DNA from: Candidatus Zhuqueibacterota bacterium
Lineage (GTDB): Bacteria > BS750m-G25
Assembly (NCBI GenBank): GCA_016783505.1
Contig: JADHWK010000023.1
Span: 1-33,188 of the forward strand
Direction of reading: 5' to 3'
DNA: 33,188 bases
This document shows, piece after piece, positions 18,319-27,557 of this stretch (position 1 is the stretch's first letter; the number at the start of each line of letters is the position of its first letter). The position numbers and the translations under genes were made by a program. Below the pieces are notes generated by a model. The model was not told the DNA's origin. It did no database searches and was given only the letters and a program-made list of their open reading frames with translations.

Positions 18319-19491
18319 ATGTCTAAAATTAATAATTTATTTTTACTTCTCTTTGTTTCATTTATCATTTTTTCACATTATCTCTATGGACAATCACCAG
18401 AAAATACACCACAAAAAGTATATAGATACTGTTATGTGGTCAATTCTAAAGATTGGTATAAGAATCAGGGAAAATTGTGGAAATTAGAAATATCAAAAAA
18501 TCCACATAATGAAGATGCATGGTACAACTATTTTTTTGCAGCCAGATATGGGTGGGCAAATGTTAAAGGACAAACTAATACCAGAGAAGCGCTTATGGAT
18601 TCAATCTATAATGAAATGGGTAAAGCTATTCCGAATTCCTGGGTATATCATTATATACATTATTATAATTATGCCACTGATTTTTCTCGTCTTGAAAAAG
18701 CTTATCAAATTAATCCAAATAGACCTGATTTATATTGGGAATTTATAAAGGAATATACACTGACAGGACAGAAACACAAGAGCTCTGAGTTTTGCAAAAA
18801 GCTGTATGAGAGTAAGGATATTTCAACTGGCATTTATAATTTGAATTACAATATGTTGAATTCAACAACCAAAAATTCAATTTTATTTACAAATGGAGAC
18901 AATGACACATACCCTGCCTGGGTATTACAGCAAGCAAAAGGGATAAGAAAAGATGTATTAATCATAACAATGCACGGGATATTTTCATATCGAGATTATC
19001 TAAAATCAATTTTAGCTGATAAAGGTATCAATTTAAATATAGAAAAATTATCAAAAACCGACGTTACTTCATATTTTAATGCACTGGTAAAATCATTGAG
19101 AACAAACTATCCTAATATAATGATTCATATAGCCCGGACAGTTTATAAACCTTATTATGAAAGATTTAAGGATAAATTATACCTGACTGGATTTGTATTT
19201 ACGTATAGTGAAAAGCCTTTTAACAGTGATGAAAGTAATAGAAAGATAATTGAAAATGACCTTAGATTAGATTATTTAGATATTGATTGGTATGCTGATT
19301 TACATGTCTCAGAACCATTGGTGAATCAATTAAATCTAATGTATGTTGATCCTTCTCTAAAATTAGCTGAATATTATAATTTGAAAGGAGATATTAAATC
19401 TGCAATAAAATGGAAGAATAAAGCCTTATTCCTTTCAAAAAGAGCAAATGATGAAGATTTAATAAAAAAGATAGAAGAAAAGAATTGGTGA
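18319..19491 (+). CDS. AT-rich secreted hypothetical protein with a DUF2723 C-terminal-like segment, cassette-borne
   Basis: signal peptide; ILFTNGDNDTYPAW.LQ...GIRKDV motif; GGAG SD; the ORF-track start (18226) lies inside the attC. Confidence 0.6.
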   Translation: MSKINNLFLLLFVSFIIFSHYLYGQSPENTPQKVYRYCYVVNSKDWYKNQGKLWKLEISKNPHNEDAWYNYFFAARYGWANVKGQTNTREALMDSIYNEMGKAIPNSWVYHYIHYYNYATDFSRLEKAYQINPNRPDLYWEFIKEYTLTGQKHKSSEFCKKLYESKDISTGIYNLNYNMLNSTTKNSILFTNGDNDTYPAWVLQQAKGIRKDVLIITMHGIFSYRDYLKSILADKGINLNIEKLSKTDVTSYFNALVKSLRTNYPNIMIHIARTVYKPYYERFKDKLYLTGFVFTYSEKPFNSDESNRKIIENDLRLDYLDIDWYADLHVSEPLVNQLNLMYVDPSLKLAEYYNLKGDIKSAIKWKNKALFLSKRANDEDLIKKIEEKNW

Positions 19492-19499
19492 CAAATTTG

Positions 19500-19634
19500 G
19501 CATAACAATTGGCTCAAGCTGACCGCAAGGGCGATGGCGCGAATGGGACGTTTGGTGGTTTCTTTGAAGTTTTGTGCATAATTTAACATATTGATTACAT
19601 TATCCTTGCGGCAGCTTATTCAAAATCGTTAGGC
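19500..19634 (+). mobile_element. integron attC site (135 bp)
   Basis: R'' GCATAAC; AAGCTG-A-CCGCAAGG pairs with CCTTGCGG-CAGCTT leaving one unpaired base; R' GTTAGGC. Confidence 0.88.
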
Positions 19635-19774
19635 GTGCAGGTCGTATTTCAACACCTGAATTTTTTTATTTTTGACATCAACATGTTTTAATCCTTCCTT
19701 GATTTTTCATAAGTTCAACAAGATATTAGTTTCAATTTCCGATCTGTAGTGTATTTTTGTTATTGGAGGAAGTA

Positions 19775-20554
19775 ATGAAAATTCCAATATATCAAGTTGA
19801 TGCTTTCACAGACAAAGTATTTGGCGGTAATCCAGCCGCAGTCTGTCCTTTAGATAATTGGGTAGATGATGAAATTCTTCAAGCCATTGCCGCCGAGAAC
19901 AACTTATCCGAAACAGCTTTCTTCGTTAAACAAGGCAATGATTTTGAGCTAAAATGGTTCACGCCAAAGACAGAGGTTGAATTATGCGGCCATGCTACCC
20001 TCGCTTCAGCCCACATCCTTTATAACCATCTGGATTACAAAGATCATCAAATAAACTTTATTACCAAAAGCGGCGTTTTAAAGGTTACTAAAAAAAATGA
20101 TATTATTTCCATGAATTTCCCTTCAACAAAACCGGTGCCGGTTGAAATTCCAAAAGAACTAACCAATGGTCTTGGATATGAACCTTCTGAAGTACTCAAA
20201 TCAAGGGATTATCTCGCTGTTTTCAAAGATGAAGAAACAATCCTTTCAATCAAACCGGATTTTGAAATTCTAAAGAAACTGGATTGCCTGGGGATAATTG
20301 TCACCGCCAAGGGAAACAACTCTGATTTTGTATCGAGATTCTTTGCACCGGGGGTGGGCATTCCTGAGGACCCGGTAACGGGTTCAGCCCATGTTACTTT
20401 AGTACCTTATTGGTCTGAAAAATTGAACAAAAAATCTTTGTATGCAATTCAGATGTCAAAGCGTAGGGGTGAATTATTTTGTGAAGATTTGGGGGAGCGT
20501 GTATTGATTTCAGGAAAAGCGGTCACATATTGTGAAGGATCAATTGTATTATAG
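19775..20554 (+). CDS. PhzF-family isomerase/epimerase, cassette-borne
   Basis: YQVDAFT...GGNPAAV, NLSETAF, EVELCGHATLA, EDPVTGSAH; GGAGG SD. Confidence 0.93.
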   Translation: MKIPIYQVDAFTDKVFGGNPAAVCPLDNWVDDEILQAIAAENNLSETAFFVKQGNDFELKWFTPKTEVELCGHATLASAHILYNHLDYKDHQINFITKSGVLKVTKKNDIISMNFPSTKPVPVEIPKELTNGLGYEPSEVLKSRDYLAVFKDEETILSIKPDFEILKKLDCLGIIVTAKGNNSDFVSRFFAPGVGIPEDPVTGSAHVTLVPYWSEKLNKKSLYAIQMSKRRGELFCEDLGERVLISGKAVTYCEGSIVL

Positions 20555-20572
20555 ATTGCGTTCTCTTTTGAC

Positions 20573-20653
20573 GGCTAATGAGATCAAACCAGTTTTTTCT
20601 ATTTTGTAAGTACATCGGGCGTTATTAGCGGATGATGCCCGGTCCCGTTAGGC
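20573..20653 (+). mobile_element. degenerate attC (right half recognisable)
   Basis: GCGGATGATGCCCGGTCCC-GTTAGGC right arm; ACGGCTAAT at the left matches the cassette's own left core (rc ACGCCTAAC) at 7/9. Confidence 0.5.
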
Positions 20654-20694
20654 CGTATTATCCATTTTCAGAGAATAGAAAAAGAAGCATAAGG

Positions 20695-20826
20695 ATGACT
20701 GATAACAAATTCAATTTAAAAACTATTTGAGAAGGAATAGCTGGAGCGGCCGCCATCGCTGTCACCTTTGAGACGCCCATGTTTCGGCCCTGGCGTATTA
20801 GGTGGGGTGCTACCGATTCAGGTTGA
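20695..20826 (+). pseudogene. truncated cassette gene head (..RPWRIRWGATD..), copy 1
   Basis: 145-bp ungapped homology with 22681-22825; in-frame TGA at 20728 where the other copy has GGA. Confidence 0.65.
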
Positions 20827-20845
20827 TACCCTGCGAATGGATTAA

Positions 20846-20937
20846 TGCTTTTTCCTTAACTAATTTTTTCCGAATCGCTTGATTACCAAAATGACGTGTT
20901 ATAACACGGCGTTTAGGCAGTCCAATATAAGTTAGGC
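20846..20937 (+). mobile_element. putative attI-like/promoter module, copy 2
   Basis: repeat of 16821-16917; ends in GTTAGGC, whose extension GTTAGGCGGTTT matches the SDR cassette right end AAACCGCTTAAC at 11/12. Confidence 0.55.
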
Positions 20938-20972
20938 GGTTTTGCTTATTTAATTGAATATTGGAGATAGTT

Positions 20973-21731
20973 ATGGATTTTTCTGGTAAATATGCATTAG
21001 TTACTGGAGGTTCCCGGGGAATAGGTAGGGCTTGTGTTGAGGCCTTTGCAAAGCATGGTGCACGTGTCGCTATTAATTATCACCATAATGCAGATGCAGC
21101 ACAAGATACTATTGACAGATTGCCAGGTGGTCCGCATTTGATGATAAAGGCGGATGTATCGGATCCTAATTCAGTGAAAGAGTTGATTGAAAGAGTTACG
21201 AATGATTTTGATGGTTTAGATATCGTTGTGAATAATGCTGGTATATCACAGAAACATCCAATAGATGAGATTGAGTATAATACATGGCAGGAAGCCTGGC
21301 AGCGAGTTATGGCGGTTAATCTATTCGGTCCGGCAAATGTTATGTACTGGGCAGCCCAATACATGATGAAAAGGAGTGGTGGTCGCATAGTCAATGTTTC
21401 GTCACGTGGTGCATTTCGAGGTGAACCTGAACAGCCTGCATATGGTGCTAGTAAGGCCGCTTTGAATTCAATGAGTCAGTCATTGGCTCAAAAGTTAGCC
21501 AAATACAATATTTTCATCGGTGTAGTTGCTCCTGGATTTGTTGAGACCGATCTCTCATCAAAATATTTATCAGGTCCGGAGGGAGATAATATAAGGAATC
21601 AGAGTCCGCTGGGTAGAGTTGCACGACCGGAAGAAGTGGCATATGCAGTTTTATTTCTTGCTTCAGAGGGTTCAGAATATATGACTGGTGCGATCATAGA
21701 TGTAAATGGTGCGAGTTATTTACGTTCTTAA
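20973..21731 (+). CDS. SDR-family oxidoreductase, cassette-borne
   Basis: TGGSRGIG, VVNNAG, NVSS, YGASK, APGFVETD. Confidence 0.95.
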   Translation: MDFSGKYALVTGGSRGIGRACVEAFAKHGARVAINYHHNADAAQDTIDRLPGGPHLMIKADVSDPNSVKELIERVTNDFDGLDIVVNNAGISQKHPIDEIEYNTWQEAWQRVMAVNLFGPANVMYWAAQYMMKRSGGRIVNVSSRGAFRGEPEQPAYGASKAALNSMSQSLAQKLAKYNIFIGVVAPGFVETDLSSKYLSGPEGDNIRNQSPLGRVARPEEVAYAVLFLASEGSEYMTGAIIDVNGASYLRS

Positions 21732-21769
21732 GTGTATCAGTATTTAACTTATAATCAGGTATCTAAACC

Positions 21770-21832
21770 GCTTAACCAGTCGCTTCACCTGATCCCGAAG
21801 GATGGGGACAGGTGAGCTCCGAACCGTTGGAC
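21770..21832 (+). mobile_element. integron attC site (63 bp)
   Basis: R'' GCTTAAC; GCTTCACCTG-A-TCCC pairs with GGGA-CAGGTGAGC; R' GTTGGAC. Confidence 0.88.
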
Positions 21833-21849
21833 GTCAAGAAGAAACGGTC

Positions 21850-22629
21850 ATGAACGAGATACATGAGGCCAATAGAAAGGGCTGGGATGCTGCTGCGTTA
21901 GCAGGGCTTGGTCAGGCGGATCGCACGATAGACTGGCGACGTTGCCACCGCGATGCACGCCTCGTGTTCACTGAGCAGGAGCTAAAATGGCTTGGCAATG
22001 TCAGCGGCAAGAGGGTATGCGTTCTGGGAAGCGGAGACAACCTTGCCGTTTTTGCTCTCGCGGGGCTGGGGGGCGAGGTGACCTCTGTTGACATTTCGCA
22101 GGAGCAACTCAACATTGCCAACAAGCGAGCGTCCCAACTCGGGCTGTCCATCGCCTTCGTCCAAGCGGATGTCATTGATCTGTCCCCACTGGACAGTAAA
22201 TGTTTTGATGTGGTCTACACGGGTGGCCATGTTGCAGTATGGGTGTCTGACCTGCAGAAGTACTACAGTGAGGCAGCTCGCATTCTGAAACCCCGCGGAC
22301 TGTTCGTTGTCAACGAATACCACCCTTTCCGGAGGATATGGAAGGAATCGAAGCATACCCTCGAGGTTGCATTCAGCTATTTTGATCGCGGCCCACATCG
22401 ATGGGACAGATCGGAAGATATCCCGGGCGCAGAACCGGGGTCGTTGCCCGCGTACGAGTTTCATTGGACTGTCAGTGAGTTCTTAGCAGCAGTAGTGGAT
22501 GCAGGATGCGAGTTGTTATTGGTGGATGAATTCGGTGATGAACCAGAAGCATGGGAAATCGCTCCTTTGGCAGGATTGCCTCAATTCTTGTTGATAGTCT
22601 CTAGAAAGAAGGAATGTCCGAAAACCTAA
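21850..22629 (+). CDS. class I SAM-dependent methyltransferase, cassette-borne
   Basis: VCVLGSGD, VTSVDIS, FDVVY, AARILKPRG.F...EYHP; the ORF-track start (21802) lies inside the attC. Confidence 0.9.
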   Translation: MNEIHEANRKGWDAAALAGLGQADRTIDWRRCHRDARLVFTEQELKWLGNVSGKRVCVLGSGDNLAVFALAGLGGEVTSVDISQEQLNIANKRASQLGLSIAFVQADVIDLSPLDSKCFDVVYTGGHVAVWVSDLQKYYSEAARILKPRGLFVVNEYHPFRRIWKESKHTLEVAFSYFDRGPHRWDRSEDIPGAEPGSLPAYEFHWTVSEFLAAVVDAGCELLLVDEFGDEPEAWEIAPLAGLPQFLLIVSRKKECPKT

Positions 22630-22687
22630 TGCAGCCGATTTGTCTCAGGCCATGCGGCCTGACAAACGGCTGATCAGGGTGTTAGGC
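22616..22687 (+). mobile_element. integron attC site with mutated R'' (72 bp)
   Basis: GTCCGAA (GTCCAAC expected from the cassette left core GTTGGAC); ATGCAGCCG-A-TTTG / CAAA-CGGCTG-AT; inner hairpin TCAGGCC-ATGC-GGCCTGA; R' GTTAGGC. Confidence 0.75.
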
Positions 22688-22728
22688 CGTCTTATCTATT
22701 TTCAGAGAATTGAAAAAGAAGCATAAAA

Positions 22729-22825
22729 ATGGCGGATAACAAATTCAATTTAAAAAATATTGGAGAGGGAATAGCTGGGGCGTTTGCCATCGCCGCCGCC
22801 TTTCTAACGCCCATGTTTCGGCCCT
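22729..22825 (+). pseudogene. truncated cassette gene head, copy 2
   Basis: MADNKFNLKNIGEGIAGAFAIAAAFLTPMFRP; homology with 20695 ends at 22825. Confidence 0.65.
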
Positions 22826-22883
22826 CTAAAGCTACCGGTAGATGTCACTTACACGCCAATTTTTTGGTGGCGGGTCATCCGCC

Positions 22884-22958
22884 GGAATTTCTGGGATGTC
22901 AATATAATAGTCCCGTCCCGAAGCCTCGGGATTTGGGATGACATCCTTGATGTGCATG
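22884..22958. repeat. ~70-bp dispersed repeat, copy 1
   Basis: aligns with 29153-29220 (GGAATT.CTG..ATG.C.ATATAATAGT.CCGTCCC...GGGAT.ACATC.TTGA.G.GCATG). Confidence 0.6.
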
Positions 22959-22980
22959 GAAGAATTTTGAAAGGTCGAGC

Positions 22981-23176
22981 ATGTCAAGAGAATCAACGTT
23001 TGATGTAAGTTACAGATTTTATTGGGTTTGTTTTTTTATCGGACTGTTGTTTTTGGGGGGTTCTGATTCTGTCTGGATGTTGCCGCAAACTTGTCAGGAA
23101 AGAAGTGCGACCCAAGCCCGATGAAGATGTTACCTATGCCACATTATCCGTGCCGATTCCATGGTTACACGAATAG
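22981..23176 (+). pseudogene. 5' fragment paralogous to the 26059 lipoprotein gene
   Basis: shares ACTTGTCAGGAAAGAAGTGCGACCCAAGCCCGATGAAGATGT; extra G in a G-run (frameshift); ends at TAG. Confidence 0.8.
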
Positions 23177-23326
23177 GCTGCACCAGCGTCTTACTCTACA
23201 AGTTATATAATATGCATAATTTAGTAGTGGTCGATTTTACTTTTTGTCAAATGGCCGATGCTCATTTTGCTTTTACGATCGGATTTGTTAGATTATCGAA
23301 GAACAAACAGAAGTTGGATCCTGAAA

Positions 23327-24520
23327 ATGCCTAAAAGAGCATTATACATTTTTTCTCTCATGCTGATCAGTTTATCTTTATTGCTGGTACTTAGTGGCTG
23401 TTCAGTGATGAGGCCCAAGTGGAAAAGCGTTGAATTGAATAACGATGAACTTGAAACTGCAGAACGACTCAGGATTGGTGAAAAAGAATTAAGAAAAATG
23501 AAAGCCAAGCAGTTATATAAGTTTAGGGAACAGGAACTTGATCGATACTTGGGCTACTTTCAGGAGATTGAGCCGGATTTAAGAAAGCGCGTACAGCATC
23601 TGGCGCGGAAATTTGTCAGTCAGCCTTATCAGATTTTTTTATTGGGAGAGTTTTCCTATGAAATTTACGACATGGATCCGCTATACTCTCTCAAAAAAAG
23701 TGATTGTGTGGTGTTTTGTGAACATGTATACGCTATGGCCTTAGCCCAAAACTGGTCCAACTTCTTTTCCCTATTGCAGAGAATTCGCTATAAAAACGGG
23801 CAGATCGGTATACTCACACGCAATCACTATACTGTAGCCGACTGGGATTACAATAACGCTTGGTTGGTTGAAGACATCACCGAAGAGCTTGCAGGGGATA
23901 AAGCCGTGAAGGATACTATGATTGTGGATAGGGCGCGCTTTTTTAAAAAGTGGGATATCGGTCAGGATATACCGGTGGATACACTGGAATGGGTTTATAT
24001 TCCATATGAGGTACTTCCCGAAATTGTGAATGAACTGCAAATGGGGGATTTCGTCAACATTGTTCGTGGAGACGAGGACGGCAAATGGGTCGGGCATGTG
24101 GGCTTGATCACTATAGGTAATGACGGCACAGTTAATTTTCTCCATTCTGTCAGGCCTCAGGTGGTCGAGCAGCCGATTATGGAACTATACTATGATGCGG
24201 AGAAATACAATAAAGAACGTCGCAAAGTTAATGAAAGGCTCAAGAAGAAAAATAGAGAAATCGAGCGGTATAATGCCAAGCTTCGAGCCCATGAAGATGG
24301 AACAAGAGATAAAAAAGAGAAAGAGTTGCTATCGCTGAAGCCTTATTTTTTAGGCTTTAAATTCCTGCGCCTGAAGGAAGATCCGATCAGCGAATTGATT
24401 CAAATAGATGGATCAGATGCTCCCAGGATTACCATTCCATCGGGGGTGTTACGGCATTCGGTTCGGGAATTGGAGGGGGTTCCAGAGACAAAAAGTGAGG
24501 AAAGAGAATCGATAGAATAA
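23327..24520 (+). CDS. DUF1460 (AmiA-like NlpC/P60) N-acetylmuramoyl-L-alanine amidase-like lipoprotein
   Basis: lipobox LSGC; SDCVVFCEHVYAMAL, RIRYKNG, RNHY, HVGLI, FLHS motifs; charged coiled-coil insert near the C-terminus. Confidence 0.78.
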   Translation: MPKRALYIFSLMLISLSLLLVLSGCSVMRPKWKSVELNNDELETAERLRIGEKELRKMKAKQLYKFREQELDRYLGYFQEIEPDLRKRVQHLARKFVSQPYQIFLLGEFSYEIYDMDPLYSLKKSDCVVFCEHVYAMALAQNWSNFFSLLQRIRYKNGQIGILTRNHYTVADWDYNNAWLVEDITEELAGDKAVKDTMIVDRARFFKKWDIGQDIPVDTLEWVYIPYEVLPEIVNELQMGDFVNIVRGDEDGKWVGHVGLITIGNDGTVNFLHSVRPQVVEQPIMELYYDAEKYNKERRKVNERLKKKNREIERYNAKLRAHEDGTRDKKEKELLSLKPYFLGFKFLRLKEDPISELIQIDGSDAPRITIPSGVLRHSVRELEGVPETKSEERESIE

Positions 24521-24640
24521 CTTGTGGGCGAGTAAAAAATGATTTGTGCTCATTTTAATCTGTAACCAAATAACAATAACAACAAAGCTTTTTCTGCAAA
24601 TATGATCTAAAATGCGAATAAATATAGAGCTATAATAAAA

Positions 24641-25798
24641 ATGGCTAGAGAACTAATATTAAAGAATTGCAAACTCTACTATTCGCTCAATGATAGTGAA
24701 CTTGTGGACGTTTTGATTCAAGATGGCGTCATCATTCAAATAGGAAAGATTACAAATAATCATGAAAATGGACATTTCCTTGATACTGATGGGAGAATTG
24801 TCGTACCTGGTTTTATAGATGTTCATATACAAGGTGCCGGCGGTGCCGATATTCTGGATGGCTCCCTTGATGCTTTACAAACAATATCGAAGACGCTCGC
24901 TCGCTTTGGAACAACGAGTTTTCTAGCAACTACTGTGGTTCATTCCAATAGTGATAATATCCATCTAGAATTGGCTGCAAAACATACTGGAGAAAATCTT
25001 GGAGGAGCAAATCTACTTGGTATTCATCTGGAGGGACCCTTTGTAAACCTTCAAAGAAGGGGTGGGATGTCAAGGAGTAGTATATCTGATCCCTCAACCA
25101 AAACGCTCGAAGATATTCTGAATATTACGGCTGCATCATTAAAAATTATGACCATCGCCCCGGAACTCGATGGCAGTTTAGATGTCATTCATCAACTTGT
25201 CAATCGTGGTGTGGTTGCTTCATTTGGTCATTCCAATGCAACCTACGATGAAACCAAAATTGGGTTTGATGCCGGCATATCCCATGTCACCCATATTTTC
25301 AACGCGATGCCCCCTTTTCACCACCGAACACCTGGGCCGCTCCTGGCGATTTTTGAAGCGAACGATATCAGCGTTCAAATCATTGCTGATGGTGTTCATC
25401 TTCATCCCGGCATAATTAAAATGATCTACCAGATAATTGGCGAGGGTAGGTCAATTTGTATCACTGATGGTATACAAGCGATTGGACTGCCAGAAGGAAG
25501 GTACTTGTACAATGGGAGAGAGTACGAATCGAAAGATGGCGTAGCTCGTTATCTCGATGGGACACTCATCGGTACAGCAATTGGGTTGGATCAATTAGCC
25601 ATGCGATTCAAGAAATTCAACAATTGCTCGTTTGAGGCGGCAATGAATACAGTAGCGAAGAATCCCGCTAAACTCCTTGGTATTGAAGATCGAAAAGGAT
25701 CAATAGGGGTTGGGAAGGATGCTGATTTAGTCGTGTTTGACACTGATTATTCAGTTTGGGCGACAATAATTGATGGCAGGATTATTTTCCAAAAATAG
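24641..25798 (+). CDS. nagA: N-acetylglucosamine-6-phosphate deacetylase
   Basis: PGFIDVHIQG, GIHLEGPF, TIAPE, GHSNAT, THIFNAM, IIADGVH, ITDG, GKDADLV. Confidence 0.93.
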   Translation: MARELILKNCKLYYSLNDSELVDVLIQDGVIIQIGKITNNHENGHFLDTDGRIVVPGFIDVHIQGAGGADILDGSLDALQTISKTLARFGTTSFLATTVVHSNSDNIHLELAAKHTGENLGGANLLGIHLEGPFVNLQRRGGMSRSSISDPSTKTLEDILNITAASLKIMTIAPELDGSLDVIHQLVNRGVVASFGHSNATYDETKIGFDAGISHVTHIFNAMPPFHHRTPGPLLAIFEANDISVQIIADGVHLHPGIIKMIYQIIGEGRSICITDGIQAIGLPEGRYLYNGREYESKDGVARYLDGTLIGTAIGLDQLAMRFKKFNNCSFEAAMNTVAKNPAKLLGIEDRKGSIGVGKDADLVVFDTDYSVWATIIDGRIIFQK

Positions 25799-26058
25799 TA
25801 GATGGAATATCTATCAATATTGTCAACAAAATAATCTCATTGGACTACGGGATATTGTATAATTTACACGCCAGCAATTCTCTTTTTATATCCGCTTAAA
25901 GCACTATTCAATCTATCCCTAGCCGTAGTATCTCCAGGGAGGTTATGGGAAGGATGAATATACAACTTGATAAGGTATTATTATTTGGTGGAATACCAAA
26001 CTTAGGTTCGTTAATGATCCCGGTTCTACCTCAACCCAAGCATATAAGGAGGTGAAGC

Positions 26059-27084
26059 ATGTCAAGAAGATTTATGCTTAAGGTTAATCACCAATTTTTT
26101 CGGATTTATTTTTTTATCGGTCTGTTGTTTTTGGGGGTTCTTATTCTGTCCGGATGTTACTGCAGACTTGTCAGGAAAGAAGTGCGACCCAAGCCCGATG
26201 AAGATGTCACCCGGACAACATTGTCTGCCCCGATGCCGTGGTTGCATGAACCGGCTTCGCGATGGGAGAGGGATTTTACCGGCTCTCGACGCGATAGCCT
26301 TATCCCTGTTCCAAAAGCCGATCTTGAAAAAGAGGGTATCGGGATTAAAACCCGCATATATGATCTCTTTGATCGATGGGGGTTGAACGACGACATTCGC
26401 GGTAACCGGGGTACCCATTATGCAGATGTAACGGGAGAATGTAAGGGGATGATTGAGCTGGACTTCGCCTTAACACAAGAAGAATGGCAAAGGCCGGAGA
26501 ATAAAGCAAAATACTATCGAGCTGTGGACAAACTTATCAACAGGATCGGCAACACGCTTTTGGCAGATTTCGGAAATAAACTAAGGGGCCAAGAAAAGGA
26601 GCTCTTTCTGCGTGCCCTCAAAACCCTTGCCTGGCAGGAAAGTAAATGGCAGCATTACTTACGTTACAAGGATTGGTTTTTTATCATCGTCAGCAGCGGC
26701 TCTTATAACAAACTGCATGACTGGGGCATCACTCAAATAGCCCGTTCCTCTTTTAATCCTGATATTCTACTGAACAAAAACTTTTTCGATAGTAAAGCTT
26801 ATTGTTCAATCTCCAGCAGCCTATATTACGGATTTATGGAATATTATTTTTGTTACATGGAGGCCAGGGAGAATCCCGACAATGGTATCAGCTTGTTTAA
26901 TAAAATCATTGGTGGTTACAATCGCTATTCTTCCGGTTACAGCTCCAGTTGCTTTGAGCTGGCAAAAAACGATGAAGCTTACCGTAACTATCAAATTCGG
27001 GCAATGGGAGGATTCAAGGACAATTTTATCCTAAAACCGTGGGAAAGGCTAATGAAGTCCACTAATGAAACCATAAACCAGTGA
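26059..27084 (+). CDS. lipoprotein with a putative lysozyme-like/lytic transglycosylase domain
   Basis: lipobox LSGC; LAWQESKW (ES motif), DWGITQI (GLMQ-like), GGYN (AYN-like); AAGGAGG SD. Confidence 0.55.
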   Translation: MSRRFMLKVNHQFFRIYFFIGLLFLGVLILSGCYCRLVRKEVRPKPDEDVTRTTLSAPMPWLHEPASRWERDFTGSRRDSLIPVPKADLEKEGIGIKTRIYDLFDRWGLNDDIRGNRGTHYADVTGECKGMIELDFALTQEEWQRPENKAKYYRAVDKLINRIGNTLLADFGNKLRGQEKELFLRALKTLAWQESKWQHYLRYKDWFFIIVSSGSYNKLHDWGITQIARSSFNPDILLNKNFFDSKAYCSISSSLYYGFMEYYFCYMEARENPDNGISLFNKIIGGYNRYSSGYSSSCFELAKNDEAYRNYQIRAMGGFKDNFILKPWERLMKSTNETINQ

Positions 27085-27290
27085 GGATAGTCGCCATCTA
27101 TACCCGAACATATTATTCTTATTGTCTTTAGGTTACATCTTTTATTCATCAAAACTTCCCTTGCCAAATTGGTCATATTAGATCGTTATGATAAAGATCT
27201 TTTTCTAGGGAAAATCTGTGGGACACATTACAAATTCAAAGAATAGTTTAGTTCCTCTGATCGACAGGTTGAATAAATACCCAAATCGGT

Positions 27291-27557
27291 TTGGTGGACA
27301 ATAACATTTTACGTGAAATATTGTCGCTACTGTTCTCAGAACGTGTGAGCTCAGTAAATAAAGATATCTGCCTCGGTTGTGGCGTATGTATTTCGGCTTG
27401 TGAAAAAAACGCTATTTCACTAATTCCTCGTAAAAATCCCACCATCCCGAAGGGAACTATAAGGGAACTCTATAAAACCATCTTGCGAGAAAAGGGCAGA
27501 TTAACAACTTTTATTGTTAACAGATTTAATAGAGAGGTTGATAAATTTTTACAATGA
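27291..27557 (+). pseudogene. C-terminal fragment of a 4Fe-4S ferredoxin-type protein
   Basis: single CLGCGVCISAC..NAI motif with no partner motif and no clear SD. Confidence 0.55.

Noticed and set aside
20728-20730. In-frame TGA in the cassette head as selenocysteine
   Set aside because: The paralogous copy has GGA (Gly) at this position and the gene is truncated anyway
16876-20921. The 25-bp exact repeat as a CRISPR repeat
   Set aside because: Only two copies 4 kb apart, with no spacer periodicity and no cas genes
21793-21808. Palindrome-family copy forming the apex of the 63-bp attC
   Set aside because: TCCCGAAGGATGGGGA has mismatched arms and is adequately explained as the attC terminal stem-loop
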